Shown here piece after piece: positions 26,401 through 39,100 of a DNA stretch of 64,000 bases. The translations under genes and the position numbers were made by a program. The stretch covers positions 434,001 through 498,000 of the forward strand of contig CATNEN010000035.1 in assembly GCA_950097015.1 (NCBI GenBank), given 5' to 3'. The notes beneath the pieces were generated by a model. The model saw only the letters and a list, made by a program, of their open reading frames with translations, did no database searches and was not told the origin of the DNA. The DNA is from Macrostomum hystrix. Its lineage: Eukaryota > Animalia > Platyhelminthes. Position 1 is the stretch's first letter. Each line of letters begins with the position of its first letter.

Positions 26401-27360
26401 CTCCCCAGTTTCATCTCTCCACTGTTTCATCTCTCCCCAGTTTCATCTCTCCACTGTTTCATCTCTCCACTGTTTCATCTCTCCCCAGTTTCATCTCTCC
26501 ACTGTTTCATCTCTCCCCTGTTTCATCTCTCCTGTGCCTCATCTCTTCTCTATACACTGTTTCATCTCGTTTAATCTCTCCCCTGTTTCATCTCTCACCT
26601 GATTCATCTCTCCCGTGTCTCATCTCTCCCCTGTTTCATGTATCTCCTAATTAATATATCTATTCAATTTTCTGTCTTATCAACTGACTTTTGACTTAAG
26701 CGCCCAGTGATTGTGCATGCGAGTGTGTGTGAGTTTGTGTGTGTGCTGTAGCTAATTTAACAGACACGAGAGCTGAGTTTTGAAGCACATACTGAGAAAT
26801 ATGCAGGACAGAGGGTCTTGGATGGGATTATCTTGAAAGCCGGCGCCAGCACCACCGGGATTAGAGCGGTGACGCCAATCGGCAGAGACTCGGTGACCCA
26901 GTAGGTGGCCATGATCAGCAGCATGTAGGCAACACGGGCCTCCTGTGGATGGAAGAGGCAATTGCGAGTCCTTGAATTCAGGTTGGAATCGCTCATAGAC
27001 TTAATCGCTCATAGACTCAATCGCTCATAGACCCAATCGCTCATAGACTCAATCGCTCATAGACTCAGTCGCTCATAGACTCAATCGCTCATAGACTCAA
27101 TCGCTCATAGACTCAATCGCTCATAGACCCAATCGCTCATAGACTCAATCGCTCATAGACTCAGTCGCTCATAGACTCAATCGCTCATAGACTCAATCGC
27201 TCATAGACTCAATCGCTCATAGACTCAATTGCTCACTCACCGGCCTTGGCGCCAGAATCGGCAGAGGCGAGAACAGAATCGGCGCCAGGCAGAATACGAG
27301 CAGCTTGCGCCAGCGCCAAATCGCTCTGAGTCTCAGAGCACAGCTGGAAGTCTCAGGCAT
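20478..27360 (-). CDS. SLC13: SLC13/INDY-family Na+-coupled di/tricarboxylate or sulfate cotransporter, about 621 aa
   Basis: Exons 27360-27241, 26942-26793, 23919-23590, 22857-22508, 22356-22264, 21758-21371, 21248-21087, 20996-20859, 20612-20478; phases consistent. Two SNT motifs (WISNTATA, ITSNTATA), GGTPTLTGTPPN, ATPPN, LPWGIVILLGGGFALA. Confidence 0.93.
21759..22190. repeat. Minisatellite, 23-bp unit CTGGTGGGTCAAGGGTGTAATAA (SLC13 intron 5)
   Basis: About 18 copies; the unit includes the acceptor CAG. Confidence 0.95.
22900..23582. repeat. Minisatellite, 16-bp unit GGACAGGATGGAATGA (SLC13 intron 3)
   Basis: Fills almost the whole intron. Confidence 0.95.
24060..26640. repeat. Pyrimidine-rich minisatellite, about 16-bp unit CTGTTTCATCTCTCCA, with higher-order blocks (SLC13 intron 2)
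   Basis: 2.6-kb array. Confidence 0.95.
26985..27235. repeat. Minisatellite, 16-bp unit ACTCAATCGCTCATAG (SLC13 intron 1)
   Basis: Fills the intron; related short array at 22425-22500. Confidence 0.93.
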
Positions 27361-27879
27361 GATTTAAGTTACTGATGCAGTAGGAGACCTGAGTAGAAAA
27401 TGTGTCAGTTGTAGGTCAGTACACTGCAAACTTTCCTGCAAAGAATCGTATTTTAACCAAGTGCTAGTATGCCAACTGAACAGTTCAGTAATGATGCTTA
27501 GATTTCATTCCCTCCAAGTCTAGCTTGAACCACTAGTAATGATCCCACCCAAACCTGCCCCTCGGGGATGCAAAGGAAAGTGAAAGTGCACAGAAAAATC
27601 ACCTTCTTTGAAAAGTCACGCAGAGCATTCGCGAGTGTACGGTGTAGACGGAAATTAAAAGTGCAAAAACTTGTCTTTGGGTACGCTGCAATGCCAAGAG
27701 TTTGTTTTGGGCGAGTGAGGATTTAGGAGCAATGGGCGTGACAGATTTGGCAAGGTCAAGGGGAAGCTGGCAAGCCATTGTGCACAACTAGGCAGGGATG
27801 AGAGTGAAGGGGTGGGTCTACCCTTCTAACTGTATGATCAACTTTATAGCATATATGAAAATAATATGAAGAAATATAA

Positions 27880-28048
27880 AGACTGACTGACTGACTGACT
27901 GACTGACTGACTGACTGACTGACTGACTGACTGACTGACTGACTGACTGACTGACTGACTGACTGACTGACTGACTGACTGACTGACTGACTGACTGACT
28001 GACTGACTGACTGACTGACTGACTGACTGACTGACTGACTGACTGACT
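27880..28048. repeat. (GACT)n microsatellite
   Basis: About 42 perfect copies. Confidence 0.98.
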
Positions 28049-28697
28049 CACCTCAATGCAGTCGAGATGCAGCGTAGAACAAAGAATCCAAATCGATAAC
28101 GTACTCTCTCTCTCGGGGTTATATGTTTGTTCTGTCGTAACCGCTATATCTGCTAGTATTGAGCTCGATAAGCTCGATAAGCTCAAGCAATAGGTATGCT
28201 TGAGTCTGACTGGCTGTTTGTAGACACTTTATAATCGTCGACTTAGTGGGGGTGGTTGAGGCCAATGAAGACAATTCAAGTGCGGGGGGGAATGGCGCGG
28301 TTGGATTGGAGGCAATAGTTAGGATGAGGGGAAGGAGAGAGATGACGAGTGCTGAGCGTTCAAACCGACCGGGCCATTGTACATTCTATCTTGGCAAAAT
28401 GTACATCACAAGAAATAGAATCATATATATATAGGCTTGTGTGATGGATTCTGCAGACCTCTCAGACAGTGTATGATGAGGATTAACGAACCATTCTGAA
28501 GTGTCTCAGTCTTCTAGAGCTGCTGAAGCAGATCAAACTGTCAGATTCAAAGGAAATTCTCTACAATTCGCTTCCTGCATTGCTTCGGCGTGGGATGCAA
28601 AAAATGCTAAAAATAGATTCTCTCTCCTTGTACATATAAATTGGCGTCTTGAAGTTCTTGTTGTTGACTAAAAATGAAAAGCTACCATAAGAAAATA

Positions 28698-30371
28698 TAC
28701 CATTTCCACTCCAAGTCTGTCACAAGTAACTTCAAATCTGCCGTAGATAGCAGAAAGGCATACATTCAGCTCGCAAGCCGAGCGCCAACTTAAGAGTCTA
28801 TGGTTAAAGCTCAGATCAATTCTGTCAAAAGTAACTTCAAATCTGTCCACTGAACAGATAACGAAACAAAGGTTTATTTTGAACAGTGCTCTCAAATTAA
28901 AGCAACAAATTCTGTAATTCACTATGCTAACATGCCTGCTACAGTCAATCAGTTGCATAGATATTTCAAGCAAAAATATCGCGACGATCCAAGCAGGCCT
29001 GTCCGTAACTCAACGTGTGCAGGTGCCATCGTAGGCTGTGGTCATGTGTCAGATGAGGCATGCTGACATGCGATTCGCGAATCAGAATGCTCAGTCGCCA
29101 GTTGTGCAATGTCATCGCAGCCTGCGCTGCGGCGGCGCGATCACCCAGCTCTCTAACCACTGCCGGTTCTGTCAGTCGTCTCTTTACTGGGGGCCTTCAG
29201 TGCTGAGATGGCCATCTCAGTCGCATTGAGAAACGGAGAATACACGGGTAGAAAACGTATGATTTGGTCTTCCCTTTGCATCGGAAGTACGTTGGTGTGG
29301 GCTCTCTCATTGTCCGCCACCATCACGAATGGTGCGTCAACAAGTACAGACACCTCCGAGCAGAATGCAGTGAAGCGTTCTTCTGTGAAGCCACCAACGT
29401 GACATGCATAGTGAACCAATCCAAGCTGGGGACTCACTGCGAGAACGACGGTGACATTGGGACCGCGCTGACCATCGGTAATTCGCACAGCACGATCGCT
29501 AGCAGCTGACCAGCCTTTAGACCGCGAAGTCCACAAGTTAAAGCCACATTCATCGACGTATATCAGATGCTCTTGAAGATGACCCTCATTCATCATCCAT
29601 TGCATGTACATCGCTCGCGCATCCTTGGTGCCTGGCACATTCCAGCCCGCGTGCACATGCCTGACGTCCTTTAAGGTTATCAGAGTACCGTCTAGCTTCT
29701 TGCTCAGGCATTGAGTAGAAACAGCGGGTGCGTCGGGAAATTCAACAGTCAGCCTCTCGCATTTCACTCAATGTGATGGTCGGCTTCTCAGCAACATACC
29801 GGTGAAGTGCTTGAAGCATCTGTTCACTTACTTTCACGTGTCTAGCCCCTCCTCTTGCTCTGTATTCTGTCCGGTTTTCCTCTAGATAGCGCTTTAGGAT
29901 CAAGTTTGCGGTGGTCCTTTTGATTCCGAGGTCAATGGCCAGTCTCCTCCAGTCCCGTCCAGTGTTGTAGCTGTTAACCAGGCGCTGCCTGTCTATTAAG
30001 CATATTCTTGCATAGGGCATGGTGGGTAAGGCAAGAAAAATCGTTGTGAACTCGCCTTGCTGTCAACATATATATCTCTGACAGATTTGAACTTACTTGT
30101 GACAGAATTTATATGTAAGATTGCCATAGACGAATAAGTTTCACTGTTAAAATCTGAGTGTGTCTATAAAGAAGTTTTCTAGTCTTTACTGCTTTGGTTT
30201 CAACTCCCTATCTGTTCAGTGGACAGATTTGAAGTTACTTTTGACAGAATTGATCTGAGCTTTAACCATAGACTCTTAAGTTGGCGCTCGGCTTGCGAGC
30301 TGAATGTATGCCTTTCTGCTATCTATGGCAGATTTGAAGTTACTTGTGACAGACTTGGAGTGGAAAAGGTA
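28698..30371 (-). mobile_element. Tc1/IS630-superfamily DNA transposon, 1674 bp, 163-bp TIRs, TA target duplication
   Basis: TIRs 28698-28860 and 30209-30371 (two mismatches seen), TA at 28696-28697 and 30372-30373, internal direct repeats GTAACTTCAAATCTG within each TIR. Confidence 0.92.
28966..30020 (-). pseudogene. Frameshifted DDE transposase
   Basis: HTH-like N-terminus (30020-about 29757), catalytic core YVDECGFNL...VADN...YSPFLNATE (to about 29190) and C-terminus (29160-28966 ORF) lie in different frames; two frameshifts. Confidence 0.85.
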
Positions 30372-32877
30372 TAGTAAAAATGCCACTTACTGCATCCGGT
30401 CATTAATTGCATGTATGCGCCAAAACATTAGTTTGTGTGTCAGAGCACCCTGTTAAATAGGAAAAGTGCATGAGTAACTTTTGTCTATACTAAAACGTCA
30501 AACAAAAAATCACAGTCATTTAAAGACAACGACGCACTTTAACGTCATATCTATGCACGCAATAAAAATAGAAACACGAAAAGCGGAGCTAAACAACGGC
30601 AGCAACTATATATTTGTTTTATTGTTTTGCACACGCTTTGAAGGTGCTGATTTTTTATATTTACGAATACTTATAAGAATATAACAATAGTAAGGTAAAA
30701 AAATTACTGCGAAAACAATGCGAAACAATGCGAAACAATGCGAAAACAACGAGCTTGGCGGGCATATGTTTGCCATATGGGATATTGTTGAGCATATTAA
30801 AAACACGTTTCTTTACTATTTCCAGGACAGCTGCAGTCTCGCAATCTCTGTTAAGTTTCCTATGTACTTTGCTAGCTTTCCTATTACCTCAGTATTTTCT
30901 CGTACCATTAAAAAGGCATCTGTCTTCTGCTGTCAGACAACGGAAGTTCTTTACAATAGATGAAAAGTCTCCAACGAAAGTTTTCCTGACCGCCAATTAA
31001 TCCCAGTTGCGCCGGAAAAGAAAATGTACTTCATTTTCGACCCCGACTTTGCACTTCGGGCAAATTCTGTTTTCGTAAGGGATTTTCGGGCAAACAGAAC
31101 GCGTGGAACGCAGGCCAGTCTGTGATTTCCTAAACGATAATCTGAAAGTATGCGCCTGTGTTCCGAGTTTGAAACATTTGATAGATTTTTTTCACGGCAG
31201 AAATCTCTCTTTAAACTGTAGAGCTTTGCAGAATTTTGACACTGTCTCCAGTGTCCTAGGAAATCGCTTTGAAAGTTTTCCCTGTGAATTTTAACAGACC
31301 TTGTCTTTGAGCGCAGAGAACAGTTTCGCAGTACAACACTATAACTCATTTTTGTTGCAATGCCTACTTCGTTGTATTCCGGGTCACGTATAAGCTTAGA
31401 TATAATGGAGTCTGAGTGATGAGTTTAAATACCCCGTGGTTTTTACTGTTAATCAAATCTAGACTTTCATTAAACAATCTAGTGAACCCCATCAGACTGG
31501 TATCCACTGACCTCTAGCTCGTATTTACAGCTAGTAGAACTACCAAGGGGAGGGGAATTCCCCCCTGACAATTTTTGTGCTGCACCCGAACGGAGCAACG
31601 CAAGCACATGAAACTCAAGAACACGGGCCAACTTTTTGTTGCGCATCTTCTGAAACAAGAATCAAGTCGCCAGCTCTTCAGACCGTCGAGATATTCAATG
31701 GTTTAGGCCGAAGGTCGGACTTTTCCCATAATTTCATTCACTCTATGCACGAATTAGCACTGCGCCTCAGTGCAGCCTTGCCAGGCGTTCAAAATTTATC
31801 AGCGTGTCACCCGAATGTACCTGCATCATCTCCGTCTTGGGTGGTCACATACCTTTATCTAGACCGACTGCTGGACCTTCAAAGGCTACAACAGGTGGAA
31901 ATAGGTCACTATGGACACCCTGACGCGAATTTATCCAATTTCACTGATCAAACCTAAATATTAGGCGCAGCTCAACCACGGGACACCATCGCCTAGTCTG
32001 TCAACCAATCAGTCACCACCCAACGCTGTTAGCATTCAGGCGCTGCCAAAACTTCCCTTGTGCGATCTCTATCAAACATAACTGTCAGCCAGCAATCCTA
32101 CAGAGACATCCCTACACAATACATGTGCTAATACTGTACTGAGCACTGAGTTCTATCACTCAAATTATTCAGAGGAAGTGTCCTAGGCTCACGCTGCAAT
32201 GATTTGATTTGCAATCGCAGACTGTAGGAAGCGAATGAATTGAGGTATTAGTTAAGGATCTATTACAGAACTGCTAGATATGCCAGTATATTATCATAAT
32301 ACTGGCGGTCATATTAACCAAGGCTTAATTAAGTTAGCAGTTTAAAACGCAATCAATTGAAAAGAAATTTCATTAGCAAATACAAGCGTATATATTTTAT
32401 GATTTCTGTAGAATTGCACACTTTTATATGCAAACAAAACATGCTGCATGTGGCGAGGCCACATTCATTTTCAGACGCAGCCACAATAAAGTTAGGTTCA
32501 ATTCAAAGAAATTCAATGGGCCAAGCAGTATATAACTTTGTTTACAATCTTCTTTGTACAATTAATAGCAGAAATACTGAAGACTAGCAATTCTACTCGT
32601 AGCAATAGCGTGCAAATAGAGCGAGTATTATAAATCTTTATTCCGTTGCTAGTACAAAAAGTAGAAGTAGAAATATTGAAGCACTATTTTGTAGAAAATA
32701 TGTCTGATTAAAAAAGTCTAAATCCTGCAGTTTTATGCACCAGAAAATAGAGGCAAATCTTTTAAAGGATTAGAAAAAAACAAACAAATCTCAACAAGTT
32801 ACTCTACTGGCAGTAGTTGATGCGGGAAAAAAGGCCAATCAATCTTAATCAAACTAATTAATATGCACAATACAATA

Positions 32878-33160
32878 TGCTTCAAAGCAAATGAGCGTTA
32901 AACACACTACTGCCGGTCAGTGTTCAGTAGTATATGCCACAAAGCAAATAAGCGTTAAACACACTACTGCCGGTCAGTGTTCAGTAGTATATGCCACAAA
33001 GCAAATAAGCGTTAAACACACTACTGCCGGTCAGTGTTCAGTAGTATATGCTTCAAAGCAAATGAGCGTTAAACACACTACTGCCGGTCAGTGTTCAGTA
33101 GTATATGCCACAAAGCAAATAAGCGCTAAACACACTACTGCCGGTCAGTGTTCAGTAGTA
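32878..33160. repeat. 57-bp tandem repeat x5 with internal hairpin, TMC stop/3' UTR
   Basis: ACTACTG-CCGGTCAGTGTT-CAGTAGT at 32906, 32963, 33020, 33077 and 33134. Confidence 0.93.
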
Positions 33161-36100
33161 TTTGCGTCGCTGATTTCTGGACACCAATTCTGCGTGACGC
33201 TTCAGTCGGGCGTTGATCTGCTTGTTTAACCGGACACATTCGCTGTTCTCCTGGGGGCATTGTTGGCAATATTCTAACTATAAATAAAATACTGATAAAG
33301 AAATTAGTTTATTTAGCACAGAAAGCTAATCATTTTTTCAGTTAGGCAAGAAAGTTAACTAACAAGCTTCAAGACCGAGAGATAAGACTATAAAGACGAA
33401 AACGTGCACTAAAACGAATTTGTTAGTCAATAATGCGAATGACTAATATAATTATAATAGTCAAGAACATTGCCATTGCTGAGATTGTGATAGGAATTAC
33501 AGCTTTGACTAACTGAAAATTTTCAATACAACTATGTCGTTAAAGACCTAGAGCTCTTGCAATTCAAAATGGGATTTGAGACAATGGTTTTCATTCGATT
33601 AGAATTGTGATTGGGATTCCATTTTTACAGACTAGGATTGCGATTTTAGCTTTCTTTAGACTAGGATTGGGATTTTAGCTTTCTATAGACTAGGATTGGG
33701 ATTTTAGCTTTCTATAGACTAGGATTGGGATTTCAGTTTTAAATAGACTAGGATTGGGATTTTAGCTTTCTATAGACTAGGATTGGGATTTTAGCTTTCT
33801 ATAGACTAGGATTGGGATTTCAGTTTTAAATAGACTAGGATTGGGATTTTAGCTTTCTATAGACTAGGGTTGGGATTATAGCTTTCTATAGACTAGGATT
33901 GGGATTTTAGGTTTCTATAGACTAGGATTGGGATTTCAGTTTTAAATAGACTAGGATTGGGATTTTAGGTTTCTATAGACTAGGATTGGGATTTTAGGTT
34001 TCTATAGACTAGGATTGGGATTTCAGTTTTAAATAGACTAGGATTGGGATTTTAGGTTTCTATAGACTAGGATTGGGATTTTAGCTTTCTATAGACTAGG
34101 ATTGGGATTATAGCTTTCTATAGACTAGGATTGGGATTTTAGGTTTCTATAGACTAGGATTGGGATTTCAGTTTTAAATAGACTAGGATTGGGATTTTAG
34201 GTTTCTATAGACTAGGATTGGGATTTTAGGTTTCTATAGACTAGGATTGGGATTTTAGGCTTCTATAGACTAGGATTTGGATTTTCCTAATTAGCTAGAA
34301 TGGGATTTTTTTCATCCGAGATTAGGATTCTTAATCTGAAAAAGGATGCCATTGCCAAGATCGCTTACCAGCACAATGTAACGCTTCAGCGCACGGATGG
34401 CGTCCTCCTTGCCGAGAGCCACGCTGCGCACCCGCACCAGCAGGGTCAGGAACAGGCACAGTAGCATCACCTGAGGTGTACCGGTGGCCAGGTAACGAAC
34501 GAACCCTACCAGATGCGACTGGTCAAAGTAGGCGTCACGGAGTAGGGGGTCGTTGCGAAACGGGCCGCAGGTAGGCGACATTGGCATCGAATAGATTAGA
34601 AACGACATAAAGAGGCCGGGCACCAGCGAAGTGAGGAACAGGAAGGTGGTGATGGTGCGGGCGGTCAATAGTTTTCCCATTCCGGCTAAGCTGGGCCGAA
34701 AGCACAGGTGCAGAATTAGCTGCATGGGATTGCACGCGTTCGTTAGGCCAATTTTTTGTCTATTCAACTGCGAGAAAAAATGAACTAATTTCTAAGAAAC
34801 AGTTTGCTAACTCACCCATTTGTAGAAAAATAGAGTAAGAACTTTCAGAGCGCCAAGCAGAGCCAATGGCGGGCTGAAGAATGCACCCAGCCTGCGGGGT
34901 TTGAGTTTGGAGTGATTTAGTGGACCTCAATTCACCTGTTCTTACACCCCTGTATTCCCAGTTGAATTCACCTGTTCTTACACCCCTGTATTCCCAGTTG
35001 AATTCACCTGTTCCTAAACCCCTGTATTTCCGGTTGGATTCACCTGTTCCTAAACCCCTGTATTTCCGGTTGGATTCACCTGTTCCTAAACCCCTGTATT
35101 TCCGGTTGGATTCACCTGTTCCTAAACCCCTGTATTTCCGGTTGGATTCACCTGTTCCTAAACCCCTGTATTTCCGGTTGGATTCACCTGTTCCTAAACC
35201 TCTGTATTCTTAGTTGAACTCACCTGTACCTAAACCGCTGTATTCCCAGTTGTATTCACCTGTTCCTAAACCCCTGTATTTCCGGTTGGATTCACCTGTT
35301 CCTAAACCCCTGTATTTCCGGTTGGATTCACCTGTTCCTAAACCCCTGTATTTCCGGTTGGATTCACCTGTTCCTTTTTAAAGTCTTCTAATCGACTAAA
35401 TCACGGCTCACCAAAGCAGCGACACAGAAAAAGTGAGGCAAGCCGCATTGTAGCTGATGTCAATGTTGAGACGAATCGACCTTCTCAAAGCTGGCACGGG
35501 CAGAAGACTGAGAAGCCTTTGGGAATTTGGAGCGAAATAATTTTCGGTCAGCTTGCTAGAAAAATGCACTTTAAATTGCAAGCTTAAGCAAAGTTGACAA
35601 TGCTTACTTTGGCATAATCTCAAGCAGAAACGATGACACCAGAGCACCAAAGAAGTCATAGAAATTGAGCCGGTACAGCTGCGCCGCCATCCAGGACTCC
35701 CAGCAGAACTCGTTGATGTCGCTCGTCACCGTCCAGTCGTCTCTGATGTTGGCCTGACCCTGCGAATGAGAAAGAAATAAAACGATAAGCTGATTTAGAA
35801 TCTATGCCTGTTATTTAATTATCTACAAATACATCTTCACGCCTGTTCATAACCGGGTGACTTAGTGGCGCAGCGGACCAGCGCATCGTCCTCCTGACTA
35901 GAAAGTCCCGAGTTCGAGTCCACAACGGGAAAGTAATTTCTTAATTCACAAGGGTCCTATCACACAATGTTTGCCCGTTTAAAAAGACAATTAATTCAAC
36001 TGTAGACTTATGGGCTTCTAACTTAAACTAAAAGTTAAACAAGATAAAAAACTAACCATAAGTTTGCAGGTGAATGAATCTGTTTCAATGCTTGCTTCGC

Positions 36101-39100
36101 TCGAATGACAAAATACCAGCGAGTAAAGAACGAAAGCCAGAGCAGCAAACACAGCCAGAGTGAACAGGCCGCTTCTGGATTGGAGAGCCGATATGTATCG
36201 AAAATAAAAAGGTTGCTCATATATAATAAATCACTAAAAATTAGGAATAAACACAGGATTTAACCCTATACCTAACAAGCGGGTAGGTGACATTAAAGTG
36301 CATGTCGGTGTGTCTCTCCATCATTGACAGCATCCTCAAGCAGCACAGCATGCCGTGATAGCAGATTATTATGCTGGCAAAGAATACTCCGGAGCTAGGT
36401 AGTAGATTGGTCGCGCTCAGATGCTCATTAACCTGTGAGGTTATAATAAATATTTGCTATCTATCTGACTTAAGTACAATCTACAAGCTCAAACTAAATG
36501 CATAAATCCATACGCTGATACCTTTGAATAAATGAACTCCCGAAACAGCATGATCAATAACAGGACGCTAATCACAATGAGCAACAGGCAGACCAGGTTA
36601 ATCACCACCAGCTGCAGTAAGCTGCTGGCCCGGTCTGAGAAACCCGTCTGGCGCTGCTGCTTGCCAATCTGCACCGCCGTCTCCTGCGAGGTTTGTCAAG
36701 GTTGGGTTGGTGGATGATCGTGATCTGAGAGAGATAAAATAGCCGGCATAACAGCATCCACTGCGCTCGTAAAAACCCACCTCACACCTACCTGTACAAT
36801 TACAACAACCTCACACCTACCTGAACGAAGTGAAATACACCCACCCCAATCTCTGAAAAATTGTCAAAAATATTCACTTCACTTAACGCCCGTAAACCCA
36901 CCTCACTCTCTGCTATTCTAAAACACCCACCTTACTCCCTGCAATTCTAAAGCACCCACCTCACTCCCTGCAATTCTAAATCACCCACCTCACACCCTAC
37001 TATTTTAAAACACCCACCTCACACCCTACTATTTTAAAACACCCACCTCACTTCCTTCTATTTAAAAACACCCACCTCACTTCCTTCTATTTTAAAACAC
37101 CCACCTTACTCCCTACAACTGAAAAGCACCCACCTCACTCCCTGCTTTTCTAAAACACCCACCTCACTCCCTGCTATTTTAAAACACCCACCTCACTCCC
37201 TACTGTTAAAAAACACCCACCTCACTTCCTGCTATTCTAAAACACCCACCTCACTCCCTACTATTCTAACACACCCGCCTTCTCCATAACTCGCAATCCC
37301 GTGCAAAAACACCCACCCCACTCCGTGTCTGAACAAAACACCCACCTCACTCCATTTCTGTACAAAAGCTCACCTTGAAGGTGGTAGCAATGGCAGATCT
37401 TCGCTGAGCCACAGCGCGCGGCCGTCGCATAGAGAAATCCCAGGCGGAGAAGACGGTAGCTATGAGGCTGCTACCGCGGAGTTCCCCACTGCTCTGCACA
37501 TAGTGGTCCTGCACCGCTGTGGTGAGCCTAGAATGGTTCCATTACAACTACGATAATATAAAAAGGAAAATGTTGATTTAATGTCACATATACGAACATT
37601 TTAGCCACGCAGATCAGATTAAAGATGAGAAAGCCGAGTCCTGTGAAAAAGTAGGCGTTTCTCAAATTGTAGCCGCTGCCAGCCAAAGTCTTGTTGGAAT
37701 AGGCACCGTAGTACAGCAGTGACTGTGGCTTGATGTCCTGAAGAAACAAGTAGGAAACTGATTAGACCAGTGAGTAAGGGTCCACTAACAACTTCACAGC
37801 TGCTCTGTGATTGGCCAGTGAGTGAGGCTCCATCTTACACCCCCACAGCTGCTCTGTGATTGGCCAGTGAGTGAGGCTCCACCTTACACCCCACAGCTGC
37901 TCTGTGATTGGCCAGTGTTTCAGGTTCTACCTTACACCCCCACAGCTGCTCTGTGATTGGCCAGTGTGTCAGGTTCTACCTTACACCCTCACAGCTACTC
38001 AGTGATTGGCCAGTGAGTGAGGCTCCACCTTACACCCCCACAGCTACTCAGTGATTGGCCAGTGTGTGAGGCTCCACCTTACACCCCCACAGCTGCTCTG
38101 TGATTGGTCAGAACAATCACGTGACTCGCAGGACTCACCTTGCCAAGCACAGCATCGGCAGTGGTGGCATTATTCACGGTCAGAGTGGCGCGATCAAAGC
38201 CTTTCGGCCTGAGCTGAGGAAATGTCACAAAGAAGAAGAATGCCATCGCTGAGATTGTTGTGGAAATCGCCAACTGTCTGTAGATTGTGAAGAATGCTCC
38301 AACTCCTGTTGTTTTAAAGAAGAAATCGAAAGAGCGTTAGGCAAAATGGGGAAAGCAAAAAACTACGAGAAATCTGAAATTAGAAATTTCACCAGTCCCG
38401 TAGTCTGCAGACACGCTATCATCTATGGCGGAACCGAACCCCGTTAAAGAGTCGTAGACGCGACCCAGGCCTCTAAAAACGGATCGAAAAAAGCTGAAAA
38501 AACAACTCTTGCGCTGCGGCTGCTGCTCCTGCGAAGTAGTCGTCTGCTGCTGCTGCTGCTCGGCCCTGACTGCCCGCCTCTTGCGACTGGCCTTGAGAGC
38601 GGATCCTCGGCTAAGAAATTGGTTTGGCAAGGATGAATGCGGGTGACGTCATCAAATAGAATTATGATAGGCCAGTGTGGGAGAGACCACTTACACACAC
38701 AACCAGTCTGTGATTGGCCAGTGACCGAGGGACACTTACACACTTTACACAGCTAGTCTGTGATTGGCCAGTGACCGAGGGACACTTACACCCTTACACA
38801 GCTAATCTGTGATTGGCCAGTGACCGAGGGACCACTTACACCCATACACAGCTAATCTGTGATTGGCCCATGACCGAGGGACCACTTACACCCTTACACA
38901 GCTAATCTGTGATTGGCCCATGACCGAGGGACCACTTACACCCATACACAGCTAATCTGTGACTGAGATTAGCTAATAGCTCACTCCAAGCATCTCTAAC
39001 ATAGGACGTGCAACAAAGTTAAGCATGGCTCACTAGGCAGTCATGTAGGTCTGCTGCTCTGTAGCCGCCACTGGATCAAGAACAATATCACCCTGGCCTT

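Noticed and set aside
30390-32870. Short ORFs and weak palindromes between the Tc1-like element and the TMC 3' end
   Set aside because: No motifs, TIRs or TSDs I could support; treated as intergenic.
32878-33160. Palindromic repeats resembling a CRISPR array
   Set aside because: No unique spacers, units are contiguous, no cas genes, eukaryotic context.
33600-34285. Interstitial telomeric repeat
   Set aside because: The unit is 29 bp containing TAGGATTGGG, not (TTAGGG)n.
35855-35930. Functional tRNA gene
   Set aside because: A and B boxes are present but the acceptor, anticodon and T stems do not pair.
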